A stretch of DNA of 64,000 nucleotides from Guillardia theta CCMP2712 (taxonomy: Eukaryota > Protista > Cryptophyta), in the NCBI RefSeq assembly GCF_000315625.1, contig NW_005434656.1, positions 541,741 to 605,740 of the forward strand. Reading direction: 5' to 3'. Shown piece by piece: positions 1-14,049 of this stretch. Numbering within the stretch: position 1 is the first letter of the stretch; the number at the start of each line of letters is the position of its first letter. Position numbers and translations under genes: made by a program. Below the pieces are notes generated by a model. The model ran no database searches and was not told the DNA's origin. It was given only the letters and a program-made list of their open reading frames with translations.

Positions 1-2451
1 CTGTGTTGTATGTTGTCTATGATCAAGTAGAAAGGAAGTGTAAGGGTTGTTCGGAAATTTAGATGTAGTAGGACGAGTGGTTTGAGAGCAGGGTTGTGCT
101 GAAAAGGAATCAATCTGATGTGCCATGCGATGTTTACTTGAGCAGCAGTCCAGCTACTGCTTGTCAACCAGGTTCTCCATTTGAAGATTTGTGCAGGGAA
201 GAGGACGAGGAAGGAGAGGGAAGGCCCCGATCCCAAATGCAGGAGGTGATTTGTTTAAGATCCTTCTCGTTGTTGAAACGGGCCGAGTCTTGTGATTGCA
301 AACTTGCTGTCACCAGAGGCATGTCTGACTTGTGGCTGTTGTATCATCCTCTCCCCCTCTGTACTCGTGTTGGTCTCAACTCTCGTTCAGGCAACAGGCA
401 ACCGTTCCGCCCTGGCATGTCACGAGGAGCTCTCCCTCTTCAGCCTCCTCGCAGCCCCTTCAACATGCCGAACCCCATGGGAAGAGGCTTGCTCCCCTTC
501 CCTCGCGTCTCCCCAGGAGCATCTGCCCCCTTCAACAATCTCAGGGGCTCAGGTCCACTTCATCGCGAAGCTGCGGGAGGGCTGAGACTTGTCAGGCTCC
601 ACCGCGTCAGCTCCGCTCGGAAGCAGGGCGCCGACGTTCACAGGCAACAAACCTGCTGCTCCAGGCATGACCTCAAGCATGCCGTTCAACCCGCCGACAC
701 CTTCTGGGCGACCGATGGGCTCCATGCCCGGAGGTCCACGAGAGGCTGCGCGTTGAAGTTGTCAAGTCTGCCTGCAGGCTCTGCGTACGGCAAGGGGCTG
801 CTGATGCCCCCGGCGAGCATGTTTGCCCTCGAGAAGATCCGACAGATTGAAGCCGAGAAGGAGGAGGAGATCAAGCGCCAGGTGCCTCGTGCCTGCAGTC
901 CATGCTGCCGTGACTGATCTGCTGCTCTAGGAAGCTGAGATCCGGCGGTTGAGAGAACAATGTGAGGCAGAGAAACGTGAAGTAGAAAGGCTTCGTGAAG
1001 AAGAGCGACGAAGAAAGCGCGAAGAGGTTCTGATTGTGCAGTGCCTGCCGACGAGGATGATGGGGCTTGACTTAGGAGCTGAAGGTAGAGGAGAGGAGAA
1101 AGCGAGAAAGGGAAGAAGCCATGAGAATGCAGCGAGAACGAGACAGGTTGGAGAGGGAGAAAGAGAGAGAAAGAGAGGTATCCTCTACGTTTTTATGGGT
1201 CATTGTCTGTTAACCTTTATTTAGATTGAGTTCATGAGGAAACAGGCCATTCGAAACATCGAGATGATTCAAGATCGTCGTCAAGTTGTCAACCATGCAG
1301 GTCAAGGTCTCCCTGCTCACATGGATCACAAGAACATCCATGGGGTCTGTCGGCTGCTCTCATCCGACTTGTGGCTGAGAGTGAGGCAGCAGCATGCCAT
1401 GGGGCACTCGGTCGTCATACCCAACCAGCAGAGCTACGGCGAGCAATTCAACGCGCTGGGTCAGCAAGGCTTGACTCCTCCTGCGCAACAACAGGTCGCT
1501 CTTCCTCGTCCTCCCGCCTTCACCTCACGCGGTTGTCAGCCCTACATGACCAGCCAGCCTGATCCCTACAACCCCTACGCATACGTCTACAGCCAGCACG
1601 AGGGTCTGCGAGAGGCTTCGTGCCACCACAAGCAGTGACTTGAAGGTTTCAGCGCCGGCAGCCCAGCAGCCAGTCCAGTCCTACGCTCAGGTGCCTCCGC
1701 CCTCCTTGATCGCTTCCTGGCTTGTGCTGATTTCTTCACCTCCTCTCGCAGCAAACGAACTATTATCAGCAAGCAAACGCTTACCAAGGTACCCAAGCCT
1801 ACGCTGCGCCACAGGATTCTGCATACAATGCCGCATACAACGCGGCCCCCTACCAGACGCAACCTGGTGTTCCCCTTATCTTCTCCTTGCGCGCTCTTGT
1901 GACTCTCTTGCAAGGGTACGAAGGGCAGCAGTCGAACCCGTATGTGTATGACCCCCAGCAGCCTCAGATGTATAACGTGGTGAGCTGCTTGCTCGAGCAT
2001 GCCGGCAGCTCTGACGGGGCTCGTAGAACACCAACCACGCGCCATACGCGCCTGCTCCCCTGCCTCACACGGCCTACGCCCAGGTGAAGGAGCGAGGGAC
2101 GTGACCTGTCGCTTAGTCCCCGCAGCCTTCCCCGGCCACCGCCATGTACAGCGCCGGGATAGCCGGAGGGCCTCAGGTAGCGAGTGAGTGGCCGCGGGGG
2201 TGGGAGTGACGTTGTGCTGCAGGTGTACAACCAGGTAAGCTAGACGCGGAGGAGACGAGGGAGAGGAGAGGGAGGAGGGGTGGGGTAGGGAGGAGGGGAA
2301 CAGGGGGGTCAGAGTGTTCAGCTGCTGGCTGATTGTCGACGTAGGGAAGTCAAGGGGCTGGTCGAGGCGACGCGAGTAAGTTGCTGATGCTGCGAGACGG
2401 CGAGATGACGCCAAGGGTCGCAGGAACTTTCAAGTACACCAACGTGAGATG
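1..2451 (+). CDS. Multi-exon hypothetical protein, probably 5'-partial: Pro/Gly-rich, central E/R coiled coil, Gln/Tyr/Pro-rich C-terminus
   Basis: Short ORF pieces joined by ~50-nt GT-AG introns (FALEKIRQIEAEKEEEIKRQ / EAEIRRLREQCEAEKREVERLREEERRRKREE / QPDPYNPYAY). The last exon reads GSQGAGRGDASKLLMLRDGEMTPRVAGTFKYTNVR* ending at 2451. No recognised domain. Confidence 0.6.
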
Positions 2452-2510
2452 AACAAGTGGCGAAGGAGGAGGGGGGAGGGAGGAGGAGTCAATGGACAAG
2501 GCAAGATAGT

Positions 2511-4957
<2,447 letters not shown>

Positions 4958-5089
4958 TAAAGCTCGGGGAGAGATAGCAAGAGGGTGGCTGCTTCTTTCA
5001 AGAGGAACCTACGACCTCGCTACTTCCATGAAGCGAGCAAGTCTCATTATCGCCACCATCCCCAAAACTCCTCTCTTCGTCCTTTCATT

Positions 5090-5470
5090 CCACCATCATC
5101 ATATCACCATCATCATCGTCATCGTCAGTACCACCATCGTCATCGCCAGTACCATCATCATAGTCATCATAGTCGTAGTCGTCATAGTCGTCGTCATAGT
5201 CGTTATCGTCAGTCCTACAATAACCACCACCACTATCATAATCCCCATCATCATCATACTAGTGTCCAGCAGTATTTCTGTTTTGCTTCTGTTTGCCTTC
5301 ACTCAACATTTCTTCCAATCGATCTCCTCGAAATTTCGCTCCCCTGCTGCTGCTTTTGCCTTCAGTCTCCCAGCCAACTCTCACTCTCGTTCTCCTCCTG
5401 CTCCTCCTGCTCCTCCTGCTCCTCCTGCTCCTCCTGCTCCTCCTGCTCCGCCTGCTCCTGCACCATCATC
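5090..5470. repeat. Degenerate (CAT/CGT)n tract followed by a (CTCCTGCTC)n 9-mer repeat, intergenic
   Basis: Seen directly between the divergent DeSI and SDR genes. Confidence 0.85.
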
Positions 5471-5547
5471 TGTGCTTCCTTGCTATCGTCATTGTCCTGA
5501 TTTCTGAAATTTGAGTCTTTTACGGTTTTTTTGGTAGGACAGGGGCC

Positions 5548-7322
5548 ATGCGGGAATGGGAGCGTGGACGGTCGGGGGAAGGGACGGGGCGTGGGGAGGG
5601 GGAAGGAGGAGGAGGAGGACGAGAAGGAGTGCCGATGGATGAGACTCATGAGATGCTGGTAGGAGAAGGAGAAGGGTCTCAGCAAGACATGTTGGAGATG
5701 GTCGGAGAGAGCCAGCAGTCACGAACGAAGGATGCGGTTTCGGACGAAGACTTGTCGACATGCTGCAAGGTGCTGGAGCATCTGGCAGGCCGCATGGACG
5801 AGTACAGGTCTCCCCGCTACAAGCCTCTGAGGAAGCTGCTGGTCCCTTTCCTGGAGGAGGAGGGCAAGAGGAGGTTCGGGGGGATGGGGAAGGAGATGCA
5901 TGCAGCAAGGAAGCAAGCGATCAAAGTAGCGCACATACAGCAGGAGCGAGCGAGAGCCAACGACCGCAAGTTTATCGAGAACACGCGCTTGCGAGCAGCC
6001 CGTCGAGCCCGTCTTGATGCTCTGAAAGCGTCGAACCCTGACTGCGCTCACCTCCTCATCCCCGACGGACACGCCGAGGACGAGGGGAGCGTGAAGTTGA
6101 TCGGAGCTGCGGAGGTGATGGGAGAGGGTAAGGAGGTGCCGCAATGTCCGAAGGAAAAGGAAGGAGAGGAGGAGAAGGAAGGAGAAGAGAAGCGACTGCT
6201 GCATCATGCTCGCTCGTGCTACATCTGTAAGGTCCGCTTCCACGAGCTTCACTTCTTCTACGATCAGCTGTGTCCTCATTGCGCGGAGCTCAACTACCGG
6301 AAGCGCCTGCAGACAGCAGACCTGACGGGGAAGGTGGCGGTGCTGACAGGCGCGAGGGTGAAGATCGGATACCGAGTTGCTCTCAAGCTCCTGCGTGCTG
6401 GCGCGACTTTGATAGCCACAACGAGATTCCCGTGAGCAGCGAGAGAAGGAAAGGAGGGAGGACGAGGAGCAGAGGAGAGGAGAGGAGGGAGGAGGAGAGG
6501 GGGAAGAGGGAGGGCTGACAAGTGGAACAGGTTAGATGCAGCTGAGAGGTTTTCGCAAGAGAAGGACTATCAAGACTTCAGGACGAGGTTGCATGTGGTT
6601 GGTCTTGACCTCCGAGATGTCGTTGCCGTCGAGCTCTTCGTCGATCTTCTCAAGCGCGAGTTTGCGAGCATTGACATCATCATCCACAACGCTTGTCAGA
6701 CTGTGAGGCGACCCGCCTCCTACTACTCGCCCCAGGTCGACAAGGAGGAGAGGATCGCCAAGGAGAAGCGCGCAGGTCTCGCTCAGCTTCTCCAGCTGAA
6801 GTCCAGCTTCGAATCGTCTCTACGCTCGCATCTCACCATGCTGAAGCAGTCAAGCCTCATCGGCGAGCAGACCCTCCTCCAAGACGCGCACGGACCTTGT
6901 ACCTCCTTCTCTTCCTCCTCTCCTCCTCCCAGCAGCTCCACGGAGTTGAAGATCTCCTCCTCCTCCTCCACCTCCACCTCCTCCGACGTCTTCTCTGTCT
7001 CGCAGTCCTCGCGGCTCTCCTTGGCTCCTCTGCTCCCCGACGACTCTCATGAGCACGACGCCCTGCTTCCTCCCGGAGCTCTGGACGTCAACGGGCAGCA
7101 GGTGAGGGTGGGTCATGGGGGCAGGGCTGACGTCGGGGGCAGCTGGACTTGAGGAGGGCCAACAGCTGGGTTATGAAGCTGGAGGAGGTGAAGACGCCCG
7201 AGGCCGTTGAGGTTTTCTTCGTCAACGCCATCGCGCCCTTCACGCTCAACTCGAAACTCATCCCCCTCATGCGGGGGGAGCAGCCTCGTTTCATCGTCAA
7301 CGTCAGCGCCATGGAGGGAAAG
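5548..7322 (+). CDS. Short-chain dehydrogenase/reductase-like protein with N-terminal Cys4 zinc-ribbon; 3' end not visible
   Basis: CYICK...CPHC, then [17 protein letters not shown] (Rossmann motif), [25 protein letters not shown] and [11 protein letters not shown]. The start may be 5548, 5632 or 5635. Confidence 0.85.
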
Positions 7323-7679
7323 GTGAGGGAGAAGAGGCGAGGCGAGAGGGGAGGGGAAGGGAGAGGAGAGGAGGGGAGAAGAGGGGAGGGGAGGAGAGGA
7401 GGGGAGAAGAGGGGTGGAGGGCGGACAGCCCGGCGGTTTGCAGAGAACAATGACAGGTTGCTCGTAGTTTCTTCACATCATGTCAGACATACACAAGAAG
7501 CAACAAGGACATGGACCTTCTCTTCTGATCTGCACAATCTCCGTTCATCCCATCTCCACCAGCGAGGGAGAACAAGTCCTCAAGCTTCAGATCTTGTCGA
7601 CTTCCAAACAACCCGACCACTTCAAAATTCCTTGTCTGGTACGAATGTCAGATAATATCTGCCGTCGTAGAATACATCA

Positions 7680-8005
7680 TCGTCCTCGTTGTCGTCGTAA
7701 TCGTCATCATCATCATCATCATCATGATCTTCTTCTTCTTCTTCTTCTGCATCGTTGTCGTCGTCACCAACATCATGGTCATCACCTCTTGTCCTCCGCT
7801 CGCCCCTCCCTTGTTTCCCTTTCTCTCCTTTGCTCTCCTGTCCTTTCCTCTCCTGTCTTGTCCTCTCCTGTCCTGTCCTGTCCTGTTCCGTCCTGTCCGG
7901 TCCTGTCCTGTTCCGTCCTGTCCGGTCCTGTCCTGTCCTGTCCGGTCCTTTCCTCACCTCACCTCACCTCACCTCACCTCACCTCACCTCACCTCACCTC
8001 ACCAC
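7680..8005. repeat. Compound microsatellite: (CAT)n/(CTT)n, (TCCTG)n, (CCTCA)n
   Basis: Seen directly. Confidence 0.9.
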
Positions 8006-8157
8006 CCCCTCTCTTCTACCCCCTGCCCCTCCCCTCCTTGGTCAACTCGAGCTTCTTGGATGGTGCCTCCCATGACGTCCTGCAAGGTGAAGCTCCCAGC
8101 TCCACTCCGCTGGGAAACTATTCAGAGCCTGAATAGTGTCTGAATTCAGAGCAAATT

Positions 8158-8257
8158 NNNNNNNNNNNNNNNNNNNNNNNNNNNNNNNNNNNNNNNNNNN
8201 NNNNNNNNNNNNNNNNNNNNNNNNNNNNNNNNNNNNNNNNNNNNNNNNNNNNNNNNN
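8158..8257. other. Scaffold gap (100 N); others at 10506-10605 and 44336-44435
   Basis: N runs of fixed length next to low-complexity DNA. Confidence 0.99.
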
Positions 8258-9375
8258 AGAGAGGGGGAGGTGTAGAGACTGAAAGGACCTGGAGCATGAG
8301 AGAGTCGTTGCGGATGAAATGGTCAGAAATCAAACTGCCGGAAGCTGACGAGTCCGTCGCCTGAACGTTTTGAGGATCGAGGAGAATCGACAAAGAAGAT
8401 GCGAGAGGAAGGAGGAAAGCGAGAGAAGGGGCGAGGAGGAGGGAGATTGTGGATCAGGAGGAGGGAGGGAAGAGAGGAGAGGAGGAGGAAGGGAGGGAGG
8501 AGAAGAGGTTGTGACCTCGAAGGCAAGGGTTTGCTCGTTGTACTCGATGGAGAGATGAAGGGAAGAGACGGACGGATGCGTCTGCTTGTTGAGGACTGAA
8601 GGAAAGTAAGGAAGCGAAACGAGAGAAGAGAGAAGAAGGAGCGAGTGAGCGAGAAACTAAGGGAGGGAGGGAAGGAGGATCACCAATGTTGCACTTGGAC
8701 GATCGACCGATGGTGAAGGCTCCATCAAAAGAGTTTACGATCCACCTGATTGAACCTCACTTCCTCGTCTTCTTCTCTGTCCCTCTCCCTCTCTCTTCAC
8801 CTCCGATTGCTTGAATCTGAAAGCATCAATCGCCTGGGCCGTGCACATCAGCACCTCCTCCTCCGCTCCTTCCTCTCTTGGTCTTCCTCCTCTTGTCTCC
8901 CTCCTTTTCTTCCTCCTCCCATCCTCACATGTGAACTTTCACGGAAAAGTTGGGCCGAGTCTGCCGAGACCTCCTCGCCTCCTCTTCTCTCTTCATCTCA
9001 AAATGCTGCGACGCTTGTCAGACCCTCTCAACCTCCTCTCCTCCCTTCCCTTCCCTCCCCTTCTCTCCCCTCCTCCCCCCCTTCCTCCCTCCTCTTCTAC
9101 CCGAGTCTCTGCCTCTGACATTGAGCTCATCCTCCCCCGCGAACGATTCCGCACGTCCTAGGCATCGGACCATCACAAAAGAAGAGAAAGAAACGGATGG
9201 AGGTTATGGGAGAGGAGGAGGAGGAGGAGGAGGAGGAGGAGGAGGAGGAGCTGGAGGAGGAGCTGGAGGAGGACAGGAAGGGAGGATCTCACCTTACGAA
9301 ACAAGTTCCCGACTTCGGTTGCATTCGCCCGTTCGTGGATCTTGATGCTGATAAACGAACTTCAACCATGGAGGC

Positions 9376-9412
<37 letters not shown>

Positions 9413-12400
9413 AAGCAGGAGCAGGAGCAGGAGCAGGATTAAGAAGAATCGAGGAGGAGCAGGGGCTGAGAGACCTGATATCGTTCCCCTCATAGTGCAT
9501 GCCGAAGTCACCGACGGGCTCCTTCCTCTGCCAAAGGGATGAGAGCACAGAGAGGAGAGAGAGGAAAGGTGAACGAGGTTGAGGAGAGACGATGAAGCGA
9601 GTAGAGGGAGGATGAGAAGGAGAACGATGGGACGGGGAGAGGAGCAAGGACAACAGGAAGGCAGGGAGGAGGAGGAGGAGGAGGAGGAGAAGGAGGAGGA
9701 GGACCATGAGTCCCATCGAGTCATCCATAAAGTAATCCTGACGAGGAGGGTCAAGCCATGGGAGGACGAGAGGGTCGGTGTTTACCGAACCGACGGGAAG
9801 GTTCGAGCTGGGGCCAAGCGCTGTATCATGGCGATGCTGGAGGAGGGAAGAAAGGGAAGAGAGAAGAGAGAAGGGGAGAGAAGGGAGGAGGAGGATGGAA
9901 CGAGTGAGGGAGGAGGGAGGAGGGACACAGGATGAGGAGAGGATGTGGAAGAGGAAGAACAGGAGCGGGAAGGAGAACAGGAGCGGGAAGGAGGGAGCAG
10001 GGAAGGGAGAAAGGCATCAGTGACAGACGACAAGGTCAGGTCTCTTACCTGTCTCGAGGATCGTCTCATCCGTCCCTTCCCATCCTCCATCCTCGCCAAC
10101 TCCATCGGATCCGCACTCCTGCTCATCTCCTCCATGAAATCCCTTCCCTTCCCTCCCGTCCCCTGCCAACGAGCTCAGCACACCTTGTCTCCCCTTCCTC
10201 CCTTCCTCTTCCTGCCCACACGCTCCTCCTCCGTCCCCGTCCCCGTCCCCGTCCCCGTCCCCGTCCCCGTCCCCGTCCCCGTCCCCGTCCCCGTCCCCGT
10301 CCCCGTCCCCGTCCCCGTCCCTGTCGTCGCGCTTCTCTCCTCACCTTCTTTCTTCTTGCTGCAGCTCTTTCTCGTGACCTGCGGTCGTCATCTCTGCAGG
10401 GAAGTCAGAAGAAACGAAGGGGCTCCTCCTGCCGTCCACCACCTACATATGAAAAATGAACTGCGAACACAGCGTCAGTAGGATATCTCTTAAAGAGAAA
10501 TAAGANNNNNNNNNNNNNNNNNNNNNNNNNNNNNNNNNNNNNNNNNNNNNNNNNNNNNNNNNNNNNNNNNNNNNNNNNNNNNNNNNNNNNNNNNNNNNNN
10601 NNNNNAAACGGGGACGTCCTCCTCCCTCCTCCTCCTCCTCCTCCTCCTCCTCCTCCTCCTCCTCCTCCCTCCTCCTCCTCCTCCCTCTTCTCCCCACCTC
10701 CTCCCCCTCACCTCACAACCAGCTCCTGCGCTCTCCCGCGTGCTCGCTCGTACGTCGAGTGTCGTCTCCTCGATCGCCCACGTGACCCCTGGGAGGAGCT
10801 GGAGGAGAGGCTGCGATCCTCCCTGAGGACGGTGAGGTGATCAGAGGGGAGCAGAAGGAGTGAGAAGAGGGACGGAAGGAGAGGGAGAGGGAGAGTGGGA
10901 GAGAGCACGAGCGAGCAAGGGACGGAGGCAAGAGGAGGAGAGGGAAAGGAATTTCAACCTGTGACTTGGTCTTCTTGACGATCTTCTATGTCGACTTCGG
11001 CTCTTCCTCGTAGGAGATTCAGATTCAGCCCTTCCTCTCTCGTCACTTTCAGCCAGCACAGCACGCAGCTGCTACCTCCTCCTCACGTCCAGACGCCCCC
11101 GGCCCGGCACAGAGCTCGACCTCTCCCTCCTGCTCCTCGACACGTGCCGCCCTCGCTCCTCCTCCGCCTCCGCCTTAATCACGTCGAGGGGTGTGTGGCC
11201 GATGGGAGTGAAGGCGGAAGGCTTCCTCCTGCTGGACCCTCTGCTGGGGATGACGTCGGAGACCTTCCTGGAGGGGGTGATGTCTCCTTTCCTCAGCGCC
11301 TTCTCGAGCCTCATAGAGAGCTCTCCCTCGAACTTCTTCGCGTTCGCCTGGTGGTTAGTCAGTTCTGACCTTCACCTCCTCCTCTGCTCGCACGTTGCTC
11401 CTTTCCGCTCTCCCCTCCCCTCCCAACCTCATTTCATGTTCTTCTCTCCTCCTTTCCCTCTCTTTGTATTCACCTTCATTGTCGCAGGTGCAGGATACTT
11501 GAGAGGATGCTTCTTCTCTGGAGGGCTCACCGCATACTCCGCGCGGTCTAGTCGGAACTTTCGCATCTTCGACCTGGCGTTATCATCGAACTGCCAGCCA
11601 GTCAAGCAGCATCAGATCCTCCCTCCCTTCCCTCCTCTTCCTCCCTCCCCTCCCTCCCCCCTCCCTCCCTCGCCTCCTCCTCCCCTGCTCTCTTCTCCCT
11701 CCTTCCCTCTCTCCTCACCACCACTAGCGCCCCCGTCTCAGCATTGAGCCTCATAGTCGTGTCGACAACCACTCGCTTCCGCTCAGCCTGCGGCACCACC
11801 GCCAGGTCCAGCCCGTTGAACTGTCTGCTCGCGTCCACGTCCGTGGCCTGCTGCCGGCTCTCGTAGTGGTCCAGCAGCGCCTGCAGGTCGCTCTTCTCCA
11901 CACACTCCCTGCGATGATGTCAAGAGGCGACGCCCAGGGCATGTGGAAAGAGCCGAAGTTGGAGCGAGAGGGAGTGAGGGGAGAGAGAGGGGGGGGGTGG
12001 GAGGGAGGGAGAGAGGGAGAGGACACGAGGAGGGAGAGGGAGAGGGAGAGGGGGAGAGGAGGGAGGGGAAACGAAGAGGGGAGAGCTAGAGGAGGATTTG
12101 AGGAGCAACCGGATCTTATACTCCGGCACTGCAAGTTTTCTCAGCTTCTCTTTGATTCTCCTGGTCGACATTTCCCTCTCCTCCTTCACCGAGTGGCTTC
12201 TCTGCCTCTCCCTTCCTCCTCCCGCTTCCTCCCCGCTCGTTATCGTCCTCGGCACCTCGCTGCGTCGTCGGTCGTCCCGCCTGCTCCTCGTGTCCTCCCA
12301 TTCCAGTGCCAGGACATCTTGATTGGAGGAAGGGCGCATGCGGGGAGCGGACTTGGCTCGCTCCTTGGCGTCCTCTTGCGCCTGGTGGAACTGCATGATC

Positions 12401-13457
12401 TCAGCAGTGGCAGAGGAGGAGAACTTCTGTCGTGAAGGCTTTGAGGAGGAGTCCGCCACGGGGATGAGAGAAGTCTTGGAGCTGTAGGTCACTGGTACCC
12501 CCATCGCCTTCCTCGCTGTCGGGGACTTTGGGATCGGTTTCAACACTCCGCCTACCGACGTGACGTTGGACAGGGAGGGAGAAGGCTGGTTCTCATCGAT
12601 ATCTCTTCTCGACGTGCGCTCTCGGATCCTGCTGTAGGCGTTGAGCGTGTCCTCCCTGTCCTTCCTCAGCTCTCTCAGTCTCGCTATCTCGTCGTTGCGC
12701 TCGTCGAGCTCCTTCTTCATCCGCTCCAGCTCCTCTCTCAGCGGATGGACGTCGAGAGCTTCGCTGCTCCGCGATGCTACGGTCTCCTTCACCGTCCTCA
12801 GCTCCCGCTGCATGAGGGAAATCGTATCCAGCACCACGTCGCTCACAACCCCGTGCTGACCTCGAGCATCCCCGTCGCCGCTTCTGCTCGACCTCATGGA
12901 CATGTGCCGGTCCAGCTCCTCCTCGAAGATGCTCATCTCGACGCTGGGTCGCACGTTCTGCTCCCACCCATCAGGTGACAGTCAGCAAGAGGCGGAATGC
13001 CAGCGGCAGAGCTCACCCGAGCATCAGGGTCCCGTTGAGCGTCGCTGTGAAAATCGGAAGACAGGATCGGTCTCCCAGGCTCTGAATGGAGGAGGGATCA
13101 TGTCAGATCAGCATGCGGGTAGGAGGAAGCAGTCGCGAGCATGTACGCACCTCGACGGGATGCGCCGCGCAAGGGAGAAGATGCCATGAGCGGCGACCTG
13201 GCCACCTCCTGCCCCCGCGCCGAGCCATGATGCTGCCGGCTGAAGGAATCATGCGTGGATGAAGGATGTGCGCTGTTGTACGAGAACCGATCTCCTCTCT
13301 CCTCCGCGAACTGATGTATCGTGCTCCTGCGCATCGGCGAACCAGGCAGCGAGAACGTGTGGGCGGCAGCCTCTGTCAGCAGATGTGACTCCATTGAAAC
13401 CCTTGAAACTTGATGGGTGCAAACCTGCCGTTGGACGGTTCCATGTGCTCGTTCCAT
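8258..13457 (-). CDS. Multi-exon Ser/Arg-rich coiled-coil protein with C-terminal FHA domain (3' end runs into a gap; could be two genes split at the 10506 gap)
   Basis: Large exon ~12115-12955 (LREELERMKKELDERNDEIARLRELRK). Phase-consistent microexons at 8288-9000 give VHMRLMLSDSSNRRWIVNSFDGAFTIGRSSKCNIVLNKQTHPSVSSLHLSIEYNEQTLAFEATDSSASGSLISDHFIRNDSLMLQ, with FHA GR and SxxH motifs. Confidence 0.65.
9376..9437. repeat. (GGAGCA)n hexamer repeat, intronic
   Basis: Seen directly. Confidence 0.9.
10231..10321. repeat. (CCGTCC)n hexamer repeat, about 15 copies
   Basis: Seen directly. Confidence 0.95.
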
Positions 13458-13842
13458 CCAGCCTGCAACAGGGCAAACCTCAAACCAAACAACATCTTAG
13501 TGGAGTTAAATCCAACCTGTTGTAGTAGTAGGTGTACCCTGTTGATTTTGATACGCGCTCTTCCCAACCAAGCGGAAGGTTTTGCGTCATGCCTGCATCT
13601 CACTCCATTTCAACCTGAGATTGTAGCTCGGCATTCTGCAGGATGCATAGCTTATGGAAGCTGCAGACACGCAAGAAGTTAGGTTAACTCTTTCAGACGT
13701 GACGTTGACAAAGCAAGCATAAAGCCTTTTTTCATAGTTAGCGTTCGTTGCAGAATTCCTGCGTGGTAAGAAAGCCTCGCAATCTTTCTATTGTGCAGCT
13801 TCTCGAATCTGTGCTCGTCTTCCCTCTTTCAGTCTCTCCTTG

Positions 13843-13970
13843 ATCCATTCCCATCCAATCTCATCCCATCCCATCCCATCCCATCCCATCCCATCCCATC
13901 CCATCCCATCCCATCCCATCCCATCCCATCCCATCCCATCCCATCATCCGCCTCATCCCATCCCATCCCG
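13843..13970. repeat. (ATCCC)n pentamer microsatellite
   Basis: Seen directly. Confidence 0.95.
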
Positions 13971-14049
13971 AGTCCATCCTCCCTCCATCTCCTCGATCCT
14001 CGATCCCCTCCTCGCTTCTTGCATGATCCAAATGACCAACTTGTCAAAC

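Noticed and set aside
2350-2451. Apparent CDS overlap between the first gene and the DeSI gene
   Set aside because: The spliced DeSI gene more plausibly stops at 2511; the 2350 stop belongs to an unspliced shadow ORF.
4985-5514. His-rich or Ile/Val-rich ORFs
   Set aside because: Degenerate (CAT)n repeat between divergent genes; no coding evidence.
9100-9180. Possible cyclic-nucleotide-binding motif (VRCLGRAESFAGE) on the minus strand
   Set aside because: The likely splice acceptor gives another frame (DVRNRSRGRMSSMSEAETR) that fits the downstream FHA exons.
13843-13970. Telomere-like repeat
   Set aside because: The unit is ATCCC, internal, and one of many pentamer SSRs in the window.
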